A DNA stretch of 64,000 nt from Chrysomallon squamiferum (taxonomy: Eukaryota; Animalia; Mollusca), in contig CM022665.1 in the NCBI GenBank assembly GCA_012295275.1, forward strand, positions 26,908,001 to 26,972,000. Reading direction: 5' to 3'. A program made the translations under genes and the position numbers. The notes under the pieces were generated by a model that made no database searches, was not told where the DNA came from, and saw only the letters and a program-made list of their open reading frames with translations. This document shows, piece by piece, positions 41,951 through 55,150 of the stretch; position 1 is the first letter of the stretch; each line of letters opens with the position of its first letter.

Positions 41951-43697
41951 TAAATAGAAATAAATAAATAAATACAATAAAATAAAATAATAATAAAAAA
42001 AAAAAAAACAACAACAAATAAATAAAACTAACTAAATAAATAAATAAAATAACAATAATAATAATTAAAAACAAAACAAAAAAACAACACAACAACAACA
42101 GATAAAAATATATATGTATATAAACAAAAACAACTGTACAATAAATGTATTTTAGAGGTAATATAATTCTATATATCTAAGGAAAACAATAGTTAAATTC
42201 AGAACTGATTCAGTCAGGGACCTTCAGACATTAAAACACTATTAATTATATTGGGGTCTCACACTATTGGAAGTTTAGTGGCCTACAAAATTTCAATCCT
42301 AATTTTAATACTGAATTAGTCTGAAAAGTATTTAATAATTATTACATTATAAATTCCAACAACCACAATAAGAAATAAAAAAAAAAAAAAAAAAAAACAA
42401 TAAAAAAATAAAAAAAATAAATAAAAATAAAAAATCTCCTTTTCATAAAATACAGATTAACTGAGTGGAGAGTTTTAAAAAATAAATAAATAAAATAAAA
42501 TAAAATAAATGAATTATTTGATTAGATTACTTGTTAAAAATTCATTTATTAGGTCCGATTTCTAATATACCAAGAGTTATTTCCCTTAAATCTTTACAGC
42601 TCTATTTTTCTGTGCCATCAATGGATTGATAGAAAGGGGAATTCTAGAACTCAACTGATTATCATTCAGTAATTTAATTTATTTTTAATTTTATAATTTT
42701 TTAATGGTAAAATTAAGTAATTAAGTTCATTGCAAAACCTTAATTCAAATACATTATATGTGTGTGTCATCATTATAAAATGCTGCATTTCTCAACTGTA
42801 GAAAAAGTTCTCTGACTTACTTTAGATTTCTGGCACACAGAAAGATGTGTCCAAACCACTGAAGGTTAGGATACATTTACAAAGTATCAGCTTTGTGGTC
42901 ACAAATTAGTGAAGTATAAACATACTGAATATTACTAAAAACAGTAATCCAAAGATTAGTAAAATAGTGTAATATACACACGAGTGAAATATACATCATT
43001 AAAATACAGTAACATGCACATTAGTAAAACAATAACATATTTTGTACGTTATTAAAATACAGTAATCCAAATACGTATTAGTAAGATAGAGTAGGCTTAA
43101 AATACAGATATTAGTCAAATATAATTATTAAAATACAGTAACAAAAATATTGTAATCATTAGTAAACTAGAGTAATATACAAACGTTAGTAGAATATAAA
43201 CATACAAGCACGTTCTTAAAAAAACAATAATCCGAAGATTACTAAGACATAATAACCACACAGATACATTATCGTTCAGTACACTCCTTTGGAAATATTT
43301 CTGCGTTTGTTGATAATACGTACACTATTAACATATACAGACATTAGTAAAATACTGACATTATACACACAAGCTCAAAGTAAAATACGGATGATATTTT
43401 GCGTCATTTATTATAATTTACATATGACTCTATTTGACATTCGTGTCGGATAAATTACTGTGTATAAAAATAGATTGCATGATTGAATGCAATATCTGAA
43501 ATTATTTCCCAGAAATCACTTTACACATATTCTTTCGGATTTTTTAAAAATTTTTTATTTTTGTGTGTGTGTGTCACTAGATTTTCAGTTAAAATATTGT
43601 AGCTGTGTAGTATAATAATATCCTGCCGACATAAAACTACCTTTTTTTTTTCTTTTGTTTAAATCAACGTTTTGTTTCGGAGAATAAGTTTTAACCT

Positions 43698-43810
43698 ACT
43701 TTCATTTCTTTATATTCGTGGAAATGACGTAGATTACTGTAATAGAACATTCGCGAAAAGATCCCCCTAGTTTCACTTTCACTTACAGAAAAATATATAA
43801 ACGAAATTCG
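43698..43810 (+). promoter_or_regulatory. Copy C promoter: GAS + CRE-like + kappaB-like + ISRE + TATA
   Basis: TTCGTGGAA 43715-43723; TGACGTAG 43725-43732; AAAAGATCCCCC 43756-43767; AGTTTCACTTTCACTT 43769-43784; TATATAAA 43794-43801. Confidence 0.75.
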
Positions 43811-43901
43811 TCTCCATCATTGAACAACTAACATTATTTATCAGCCTAACTGAAGATCGTGATACAATTTCGTGTACGGCTAATATTATTTATATTTCAC
43901 A

Positions 43902-44270
43902 ATGTATCGTCCATCAGATTTGTATTACACACAAAAGAGTATATCCTACAAATTCCGAGACGGAAGAAGATTAGATTCGTCTTTAGAAGATCTTCTGACA
44001 TCCCAGAGCCCAGAAGATGAGCTGCCACGAGTTGAAGTCATGGTTCATCAAGGAAAACCTTTCGTTGTCGATGGCAACCGACGCTTGTATCTCCTAAAAA
44101 AGATGGAATCGGCAGGAATAGTTGACTGGATTTCAGTTAATGAAAGGAGTTTCGACTCTTCGTACTTTAATCGAAAGTATACAACTGAAAATGGAGGCGT
44201 TTCCGTTGAAATTCGTGATGATTCTTCTATGGAGCTTAAGATCGACAGTATTATTGATCAGTACATATAA
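43902..44270 (+). CDS. ParB/Srx-like domain-only protein, copy C (122 aa)
   Basis: Intact ORF with VVDGNRRLYLLKK, 93/122 identical to copy A; TAA replaces the CGA codon immediately before the conserved splice donor (44272). Confidence 0.75.
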   Translation: MYRPSDLYYTQKSISYKFRDGRRLDSSLEDLLTSQSPEDELPRVEVMVHQGKPFVVDGNRRLYLLKKMESAGIVDWISVNERSFDSSYFNRKYTTENGGVSVEIRDDSSMELKIDSIIDQYI

Positions 44271-45642
44271 GGTAAATTGAGATCATTCCTAAAACATATG
44301 TATATACCTAGCCACAAGGGCTCTTAAAATGTGAGGTGTCTTAGTTGTTAGTGATGTTTGTTGTTGTTTTAAACTTGTTGTTACTATTTATTAATGTGAA
44401 CGGCAGGCCAAATAGTTCTTCCCTCTTTTTACAACTGACCGTACATTACACGATTCGAAATTCGAATACACAAAAATCGAACCGAATCGAATCGGAGCTT
44501 CGGGATGATTTACTTCCCTTAAATCTTTACCGCTCTATTTTTCTGTGCCATCAATGGATTGATAGAAAGGGGAATTATAGAACTGAACTGATTATTATTC
44601 AGTAATTTAATTTAATTTTTAATTTTATTAATTTTTATTGGTAGAATTAAGTAATTATGTTCATTGCAAAACCTTAATTCAAATACATTAAATCTGTGTG
44701 TCTTCATCTTATGTGTTAAATAATTCTAAAATGCTCCATTTCTCAACTGTAGAAAAGTTCTCTGACTTACTTTAGATTTCTGGCACACAGAAAGATGTGT
44801 CCAAACCACTGAAGGTTAGGATACATTTACAAAGTATCAGCTTTGTGGTCACAAATTAGTGAAGTATAAACATACTGAATATTACTAAAAACAGTAATCC
44901 AAAGATTAGTAAAATAGTGTAATATACACACGAGTGAAATATACATCATTAAAATACAGTAACATGCACATTAGTAAAACAATAACATATTATGTACGTT
45001 ATAAAAATACAGTAATCCAAATACGTATTAGTAAGATAGAGTAGGCTTAAAATACAGATATTAGTCAAATATAATTATTAAAATACAGTAACAAAAATAT
45101 TGTAATCATTAGTAAACTACAGTAATATACAAACGTTAGTAGAATATAAACATACAAGCACGTTCTTAAAAAAACAATAATCCGAAGATTACTAAGACAT
45201 AATAACCACACAGATACATTATCGTTCAGTACACCCCTTTGGAAATATTTCTGCGTTTGTTGATAATACGTACACTATTAACATATACAGACATTAGTAA
45301 AATACTGACATTATACACACAAGCTCAAAGTAAAATACGGATGATATTTTGCGTTATTTATTACAATTTACATATGACTCTATTTGACATTCGTGTCGGA
45401 TAAATTACTGTGTATAAAAATAGATTGCATGATTGAATGCAATATCTCAAATTATTTCCCAGAAATCACTTTACACATATTCTTTCGGATTTTTTAATTT
45501 TTTATTTTGTGTGTGTGTGTCACTAGATTTTCAGTTAAAATATTGTAGCTGTGTAGTATAATAATATCCTGCCGACATAAAACTACTTTTTTTTTTTTTT
45601 TTTTTAAATCAACGTTTTGTTTCGGAGAATAAGTTTTAACAT

Positions 45643-45755
45643 ACTTTCATTTCTTTATATTCGTGGAAATGACGTAGATTACTGTAATAGAACATTCGCG
45701 AAAAGATCCCCCTAGTTTCACTTTCACTTACAGAAAAATATATAAACGAAATTCG
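45643..45755 (+). promoter_or_regulatory. Copy D promoter (duplicate of the C promoter)
   Basis: TTCGTGGAA 45660-45668; AGTTTCACTTTCACTT 45714-45729; TATATAAA 45739-45746. Confidence 0.7.
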
Positions 45756-45846
45756 TCTCCATCATTGAACAACTAACATTATTTATCAGCCTAACTGAAG
45801 ATCGTGATACAATTTCGTGTACGGCTAATATTATTTATATTTCACA

Positions 45847-46950
45847 ATGTATCGTCCATCAGATTTGTATTACGCACACAATATTATATTATATTATATT
45901 ATATAGAGTTTTATTTGTATTTCATTTAAATCGCATTAATTTATGTTGATCTCTTTTAAGAAATGTAACACCAAGAAGACCAGCAATTCAGTCAAGAGAT
46001 GTTGGAAACATTAAATACAGGTAAACAGAGAAATACCGTTTTGTACTTGTGCATCTCTTTTTACACACACACACATACTCACACACAGACATACATACAT
46101 ACATACATACAGACATACAGACATATATATATATTCATTACAGTCAGAAATAGCTCAGTATGTTTTCGCATACAGTAAAAAATATTTTGTTAAATTAGGT
46201 TACTGTCAAAGAGGAAAAAACATTGCAATTTATTCAGTGCCATTTAACTGGTTCGCTGTTGAGAGCCAGGTCGTGACTTTTCTGAATACTGCGAAAAGCC
46301 ACTCCCAGTGAACCAGTTAACAGAAATACTACTCTGTTCGATAAAGAATACACTATCAGGTAGGGCCGTATTTGGAAATAATAAGGACTTAAGCCAGTGT
46401 TCGGCAACCAAGTTATTTTCAAAGATGTACATTTGTGAGTTTGTACATCAACAAACTCAGAATAATTTCAGAATTAAACGTAAAAGTTATTTCTTAAAAT
46501 GTATTTTAAAGTATTGTTAAAGTTCTAAGTACTTAAAGTCTGTATGAACATATAAGAGAAACTTAGTTCCTTCCTTTCTACGAATATCCATTTAAGTGTG
46601 GATTATAACATACACATTATAAAACACTAAATAAAACTAAGCACATAATATTAAGATTAGTACGTTGCTAGTATTTCAGTGTTGTAAACCATGTTATGTA
46701 AAATCAGTAGATTAAGATAAATTACACTAAAACTGTTACAAAGACAATATTTTTAGACTTTGAGAGGATCGTTCAGGATGTTAGGTCCTTAACTTTGGCT
46801 TGCTTAGCGTGTGCCTAAACCCATCTTACAATCAGAATATTTAATCTTTTTGTGTCTTTTTATTCTTTAGATAGCTCATCAAAAATATACCCATGACTCC
46901 TCCAGAAACTTTGCCAGGAATATGGAATTGTTATTTCTACAACGTCCAAC
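45847..46950 (+). pseudogene. Internally deleted ParB-like paralogue, copy D
   Basis: ATG TAT CGT CCA TCA GAT TTG TAT TAC GCA, then a jump to sequence homologous to intron 3 of A. Exon-4 homologue at 45961-46020; terminal-exon homologue from 46871 with TGG>TAG and a large deletion. Confidence 0.85.
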
Positions 46951-49900
46951 AGAAGTTAACATCTCTCCGAATAAATATTAATAATTTTTTATTTTGACTT
47001 TAAGCTCAGCAGATGATAGTTAAAGAAAGTAATTATGTGATTCGAAATCCATAGAGATTCAATTGTTAGTTTCAAGTATAGCTAAATGAATACCAGATAA
47101 TAATAATAATAATAAAAAATTAATTAATTTATAAAAATACAAATCAAAACGTAAAAACCAAAATAAAATAATAATAATAATTTCAAAAAGCATATAAGCA
47201 ACACAACAAAAGTGTTATAAATAACAATAATGATGACACAAAAATTAAATGAAAAAAAAGAAAAAGAAAAGAACAAATGAGAAAACAAAACAAAATAATA
47301 AATAATTGAAAGTCAACAACAAAAGTTTGATGATGATAATGATGATAATAACAATAACAATAAAATAAATTAAAGCAAATGTCAAAAAGAAGATGTAAGT
47401 AAATAAATAAGTATATAAATAAATAAATTAATTAACACAATGAATAATGCACATACATCATTTCAAAAAGAAATAAATAAACACAATGAATAATGCACAG
47501 ACATCATTTGAAAAATAAATAAATAAATATATAAATACATGAATAAACGAATGAATTTATTAATTAATTAACACAACAAATAATACACAGCCACCGTTTC
47601 AAAATTTAAAAAAATAAATCAAAATAAAATGTTGTTACAGTCTCACAATTGTATTAAGGGTGAAAAGTGATCAAATAACATTACTCTAATAAAAAGATAG
47701 TCAAACCAATGAAATCGGCAACGAAACAGTTGAAATTTAGTCTATTATTTGTAATCTGTTAACGAGGTAGGCGTGTACTAATCTCATCCACTGTGTAATA
47801 GGTGTGTCTTGACAGCCGTCAGTTTGATTTCAGTCCGTTGTGGCGTTCAGTTCAGACGTCAGCAGGGAAACTAAATATCGGAAGTCAGCCATGATAACAA
47901 AATTACTTACTATTGTCAGACCATTTGTTATAATGAATTTGATCCTTTAATAATATGATTTGTAATTTTTGTCACTGATATTTAATGATTTACTTCTTGT
48001 ATTTGATTTTAAAATATTAGTTATTTTCTTTTATATATTTTTTCTTTTTTCTTTTTTTTGACGTATATAATTTGAGTAGTTTTATAAATTGTTATGTATG
48101 ATGTTTTTTTGTGTATGTAGGTGTAAATTCATGAAAAAAGCTCACTGACATTTTTTTTTCTAGTTTGTCATACACACCCCCACACACACGAGTAATTTTC
48201 ATTTGCTGTTCTTAACAGATAATAAATAATTTTTTGTTTAATGGTTTTTTTTTTTTTTTTTTTTTTTTTCCATTTTTTATATAGAATTATTAATTATGAT
48301 ATAATCGTATCTAAACGAAAACTTAAAAGTGTATGAAAATTCACATAGAGAGAGGGGGTAGGTAGGACTAGATTTAAACATAATGGTCTATAATCTGTGG
48401 GACTGTAGAGATAACGTATTTATTAATCTAACAATAATTCTGTAAACTGGTTGCTAATTAGTGTCTAACGTTTAAATGCAAAAAATTCTTTGTTACTGAC
48501 ATAATTACGACAGCACACTTTACATTCCCTAACCATGAAAACCATGACACTGATAGGTGTAGAACGTGTACACTACACACTTGTTGTTGATTATTACTAT
48601 ATTGTGTGTTTATTTTTCGAACATTTAATCTTAAATCTGTTCAGTTTAATGAGCGTCTTTCACTTATACCTGTATTTCGTTTAATAATTTTACTCCATGT
48701 TAACAAATTTTGTATGTTATAAATATACTGTAATATTTAAATCATTTTTTAAATCCTTTTTTAATTTTTTAAAATGTTAACAAATTTTTTTGCCTCTATG
48801 TTAACAAAATTTGTATATTACAAATATACTGCGATATTTAAAATATTTTTAAAATCATTTTTGCCTCTTGTAACAAATTTTGTAATATAAATGTACTGTG
48901 ATATTAACATTTTTTTTTTTATATAGCCTGTGTGACTGATTGTTTTCTTTATTTTAATCTGCATTTGATTGTTGTAAAATAACTGTAAAACCCTTGCAAA
49001 ATCATAGAAGTATAGTGCATCATTGAATCATTTTGTAATGCGATTTAATAGCAGATATATAGACTGATAGATAATTATTATTGTTTCTTTTTTGTTTTGA
49101 TAAATGTCCTCAATTTGTCAGCTGCTTTTTTTACTTCTTTTATTATTATTTTTAAAATCATTTTTGCCTCTAATTTAACAAATTTTGTATAAATGTGCTG
49201 TGATATATATATATTTTTTTTTTTTTACATTGCCTAGATATTTTATTTAAAATGAAAATGTAAGTTATTATTATCATAGGTAAAACAAAAATTATGTAAT
49301 AAGCTACATGCAGTTTTAATTAATATATAGAAATTATTTCATAAAAAGAGAGAATAAAAATAAATAAATAAAATAAGAGTAAGAAGAATGAAAATAACAA
49401 TATATCTTTATTAATTTTTTTTTAAATATGAAAACTAGATGACAGTGCTTACATAAATATATTTTAGATTGTCTTTTTTGATACAAAAAATATAACTTTT
49501 CCTATTATCTTGAAAGTATACAAGTTACGTTTTCTATTAAGCTCTTTGAAACTTTATGTATAATATAAAGGATATCCGCACACTACATGAAAAAGTGTGT
49601 ATGAATCAAAGTAATGATTAGAAAAGCAACGCAATTACACAGTGTGAATTATATATAATAAAATACCAAAAACATAAAACTGTGTTTACACACCACTGTA
49701 TTTAGGCAACTCAAATCTATGTGCTGTTGTTTTGTTTTGCTTGATTCGACCAAGGAAACATGTTTGTGCTGTCTTCATAAGTTATGATTCATGTCAGTAT
49801 TGCGAAATAGCAACATGCACATTCATAAACGAACCTTAGGCCCAGTGTGCAGAACCGACTTGTCACTTTTATTAGTAGTAAATTTTTATTTCGGAAATAA

Positions 49901-50180
49901 TACAAGCTTGTGTATTTCTACATTATTTAAATTTAATAAATAAATATTAATCTTAATTGTGTCGTCATTTTTATTTGAAGAAAATAATTAAGTTGTTACT
50001 TTAAGCCTACTGGTTACTTTTAGTTTTCCTCTTCACAGTTACTATATTTTTTTTTTACTTTACAATTGATGTTTTGCTCAAGTTATTTTTAAATAATTTT
50101 TCATTTATTTAATATGTTTGTTATAAACTAAAATCTCATTCAGGAACTGGTCACTTTTATTATTTATGTGTAAATGTTCA

Positions 50181-50222
<42 letters not shown>

Positions 50223-50336
50223 TGTAAGTATGCATTTAAGTAGGTATGTGAGTGTATGTACTCACATGTGTGTGAGACTGGATGTATCTATGCTTATATT
50301 TTATTTTAGGACGTTTTTCTTCATTGAGCGCATGTG

Positions 50337-50464
<128 letters not shown>

Positions 50465-50589
50465 AATCTTACACACATATGACACAAATATAAAACTGAA
50501 TTGTATTTTCTCCGTTCGTCCACCATTGCAAATGAAAGAAAGTAAAAATAAATAAATAAATAAATAGAAATAAAGAAAGAAAGAAATCA

Positions 50590-50990
50590 TCTCCAGTATA
50601 TATATAATACAGAACATTAAGGGGTTAGATGGGAAGAAGCCACTTAGACAACCATCTAGAATGCAGACCTCAGAGAGGTGCATTACCAACCTTTAAGAGT
50701 CAGTGTTATGCAAAATACTGTTTTCAAAAAAAAACATAATAAAATGAAAATATACCTGTACTATTTTATAGACAGCTCATTGTTAGTTCATAACCAGTTT
50801 GTTTTTCAACACTAATAATACTTGTTAAACTTAAATCAATTGTTTTTGTTTCAAAGCCCATTTGCCCAAAAGCTTTGGGAAACAGAGCCACTGCCATATT
50901 AATGGAAATTGTGCCATAAATGGTACTGTTGGCACCTTATGGTACTTATTCTTGAAATGTAAAATATTTTTAGCAGTTTCAGTTTCAATT
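50590..50990. repeat. Inverted duplicate of ~25405-25790
   Basis: ACAGAACATTAAGGGGTTAGATGGGAAGAAG...TAGAATGCAGACCTCA..GAGGTGCATTACCAACCTTTAAGAGTCA is the reverse complement of 25675-25767. Confidence 0.85.
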
Positions 50991-51449
50991 ATTTTTTGTG
51001 CCAAACTAATATTTTTAATGCATCTTAAATATTCCATCATAAATATGCACCTCTTTCACCCATTAATTATCATTCCCCAACTGATAATCCATAAACACTA
51101 TGTCAATCTATATTTCTACATCTCTCTAACATAAGTCTATTTCCCAATTAACTTACCCAATTGAGTTTTAATTGTCATTGAGTCCTAAACTATCCAATGG
51201 GTTCTTTAAATGTCTCAATTATCATTTTCTTTAAAAAGCCATTCTCTAATTGACCCATTCAAAGGATAATCCCTTCTCTTTATGTCCTCAGATCTATCCA
51301 TTTATCTTATCCTATATATGGCTTCCTAGATGGCTTCCAATTTAATTATCCATGATACCAACATAAAAGATGTGAGGGAGTACCATTCCTCAGAATCATT
51401 AGTGCCATCATTAGAATAAATATCACAAATATAGCAATAAAATTACTAT

Positions 51450-54400
51450 GGAGGTCATCAATTGAGGATCAAAAATTTGTTATCATGGCCACATGTATAC
51501 CAAGTTAGCTACTAGGAAGAACAAGATTTGGTGGAAGTACTCCAAGAAAGTCAGTCTTGGTATGCATAAGGATGCATATACTGTATATGATTTTATTTAT
51601 ATTTTTTATTTCTGAAATGCAGTGATGTGTTAAAAAATGGATTTTCATGAGCGTGTTATTGGAACATATCATCCACGATGCTCAGCTAAGGATATTAGAA
51701 TTTTAGCTGACGCAAGCAGTTCATAGAATGGTGAACAATTCAGAATAAAAAAGGCTAGACACCTGGAAAATTCATGGGGGGTAATAGACAATGAGCTCTG
51801 GTTATTGTGCATGTCACGAATAAGGGACAGTAGACATGCTGGAGTGGGTCAGAAAAGTTCTGGTGGCTAGTTCAACCAGCCGTTTCTTCAATTCTTGCAA
51901 CCCAGGGAACAAGCCATTAGTGGGTGGGGTTAGGATATGTTGGGGGTTGAACAGGGTAAAAGTGACCTTTGTTCGATGTAAATTCATGCATGCATGTGGA
52001 AAATGTGGAGAGCAACATCCCTCTCTGCAATGCAAATCATAGGGTTAGATCAGACTTAAACATGATGGGACATTCCCCAATACACACCAGTATTCTGGAC
52101 AAAATTAAAAAAAAATACCTCCACAAACTAGCAAAACAGGAATTAAAGGTTTTACTGAGGACTTTAGACTACAATATCAGGGACCTAGAGTAGCAACAGA
52201 TGTAAACAGTTTAACAAGTGTAACACAGGCTCCAGAGATACTTAGAAAAAAATAGTTAAAGAAATTCTTAAGGAGGGTGGCAGGCCCATTTTTTTTAAAG
52301 ATCATCCATTTAAAACCTTGAGAATTCCCCTCCTTGGATTCCTACCAAATAATGTTGGAGATTTTAGAGTTATTCACCATCGTTCCTATCCACACCTAAA
52401 TTCTGTAAATGATCATATCGATCAAAGTGTTTGTTATGTACATTATACCAGAATGGCCTGTCAGGAAAATCAGTGGGTAGTTGAGAGGCAGTGTATGCCA
52501 CAACTTGCCAGTTGTGCTGCATTACCTGGATGTTGATAGTTGTACCAACAGCAGGAGAAAACTGTGAGACCCAGTATTGTTCTAATTTTTCTTGGTATAG
52601 AAATAGATACAAATAATATGATATTGCAGCTACCTATGAATAAATTGTTAGAATTGAGGCAGCACATAGAGATTACTCTCAAGAAAAGAAAAACTACTTT
52701 AAAAACATTGCAATTACTAATTGGGTGCTTGAATTCTGCCAAGTGATAAGAGCAGGCCAGACCTTTATTAGACAGCTGACTGATGCAACAAGAAGAGATT
52801 TTAAACCAGATCATAACATCTGGGTTACGCAAGGTATGAAGGCAGACTTGAGCATGTGGTTAGAGTTTCTAGACCATTACAATGGGATTACAGCAGAGGA
52901 ATGTTCTCATCAGTAAGACAAGTTTCAGAAATTAGTGTCAAAAGCAGCATGGAATGCAACTGAGATACCACTACAAAAATGGCAATTTTGACAACAGATG
53001 CAGATAGGCTGTTAAAGTATTCAATGGTAAATCAGACATGCTGAACTTACCATAATTTTGAAAAACTGGGAAAATGTACACTGCAGTTTAGATTGCCTTC
53101 CCTGTGGCCAGTTCCTTTGGACCACTTTATCTAATTCACTGCTTTCCTGTCATCACATAGGTACCAGCAGCCTAATTTTGGATTAATTCAGTTTTATATA
53201 ATATGCAAGAAATAAGGATAAAATGGAATCTGCAGAAAAAACAACACACACAAAAAGTTATAAGTGTTCAAGAGATACACAAATCAGTACCTCAGATAAT
53301 TGGTCCATTTTTTAACCATATTTTGGAAAATCGAAGGAAAGAGCAACTTTGGCCAGCTGTAGTTTAAAAAAAATTGATGTAAAAGACTTACAATTAACAA
53401 CAGTGCTGGGACCAACTTGTTAAATGAACTTTTAGCAGGGTTGCAAGTTTATCTGTTAGTTCACAATAACCTGTTGAACATGCATGCCATAATTGTCAAA
53501 ATGGAAGTGGTAAAATGCCTAAAAGTACAGACACTTTGTGGTTTCAGTTTTGTTCTGATTTGAAAAATTCAACCAGTGTTAAGATCTTTCAAATGATATA
53601 CTTGAATCAAACATTTCTACTATAAACATTTTTTTAAACTCCCAAGCCCACAAAAGAAAATTGCATTTTCAGTTTGAAATAAAAATGTGAGCCCTTATAT
53701 TCAGTCCACAGCAACCATGCATATTTCAGCACCTTAATCCCCATAACTTTGAGAAAAGTCAGCAAGAATTAATGAGAATGTATTTGTTTATAGATCTGCC
53801 ATTGTTGCAGTCACTGAAATAATTTTTTAATTTTTTAATAATTTTTTTATAGTTTAACATTTTTGAACTTCAGATGCAGTTTATTTTAGAATCACATTGC
53901 CTTTTAAGGTGGTTAAATGACACAGGGATTATGGGTCTAACACCTTTATATATAGCACATAACTTTACTTGCATAAGTAGCTTAATTTTTCACTGTTAAA
54001 TAATTAGTGGTAATAAGTTAATGTACTAAGTCTCTGTCTGCTGTCTATATAACTATAAAGTATATATATATATAATTTATGTGTGTATATATGTGCATAT
54101 GTATGTGTGTGTATGTATATACGTTTGTTAGTTAAAAGGACTGCACACATTAGATGTTTAACTATAATCCTCTGCAAGACATAAACTCACCTAATCCTTG
54201 GAGTCTACTCCAGAATGGTGTTGGAGGTACTAACTAGGGGCAATAAAATGTTTATATGATGATTACAGCAATTAGCCCCATCTACTGTAAAAACATATTA
54301 GTGGGTTTTGGCAGCAACAATAAATATTTGTTCATCTCAGTTTGAGGCAGTGTTATTTGCAACAGCTTTCAAACTGGCCTTTTTTTCAGTTTTACGGGAA

Positions 54401-55150
54401 TTGGGAAATAACAGCCAGAACACAAGACGATAAATTGAGCAGAACAATTGGGGTAATAGAACCCTACCAGCTGAAACTTCTAATAAGTCTAAAAATGATC
54501 AGAGATAATGGTTATCTATTATATCTGGACAGTTTCACAAATTGTCCAGTGCGAGGTTTGTATAAATATGTGCAACCACAATGTAAGACTGGTTTGACCC
54601 AGCTTCTTACTCATTATTGTTAAGTCATTAACGAGGTACCAATTTAACTCTTCTCAAAACACGTATTTGTTGTCAATGTTATAAATCACACAGCTTTAGA
54701 ATAGGAGCAGCAGCAGAAGCTGCAGCTAGCAGGTATCGGAGGATACAATTAAATAGTGGGGGAGGTGGCGATTGGGGACAGGGTCTACAATAGATATATA
54801 TTTGGCTGCCACAAGAAATCTATCTTATCATCTTCAGTTGTTCACGGGGCAACCTATTTTTGCAACAAGCAGTAACATGATGTGGTAACAGGGGAATGTG
54901 GTGGTTGCAGCTAGACAGTTTTATTTCAGGAAAGCTGAAACACCAACCACAAGTAATACTGTCATTTTACAGCTGGGATTGAATGACATTGTGACAATGA
55001 AAAACAAGGCTCTGATTCAGAACATCACTTGCTCATTCCTGCAACAGAGAGTGTGCCTTCCCACTGAGCTCATCTGCTGAAACATGCTGCCTCGTCTATG
55101 CTGGCATGGAGCTGAACACCCAAAGCAGGTAGACAACGCTTAGAAAAGGG
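51450..55150 (+). mobile_element. Decayed DIRS-order (Ngaro-like) tyrosine-recombinase retrotransposon
   Basis: Gag-type Cys/His knuckle CKFMHACGKCGEQHPSLQC (~51975-52035); RT/RNase H remnants GDFRVIHHRSYP..NSVND and FLGIEIDT..M.LQLP..KL...LQLLIGCLN; YR remnants CPVRGLYKY and SHSFRIGAA (~54686) with GRW; VILQLGLND hydrolase-like motif (~54961). Many stops and frameshifts. Confidence 0.85.

Larger units (their letters stand above)
42578..45875 (+). repeat. Recent tandem duplication (~1.35 kb unit, 1945 bp offset at the promoter) of the C/D promoter region
   Basis: 42578-43930 is near-identical to 44510-45875; ISRE at 43769 vs 45714 and ATG at 43902 vs 45847. Confidence 0.92.

Noticed and set aside
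42826-42864. 39-nt exon-like segment (ISGTQKDVSKPLK), duplicated at 44776-44814
   Set aside because: Good splice signals but it cannot be assigned to CMTR1 or the ParB-like genes; too short to support a call.
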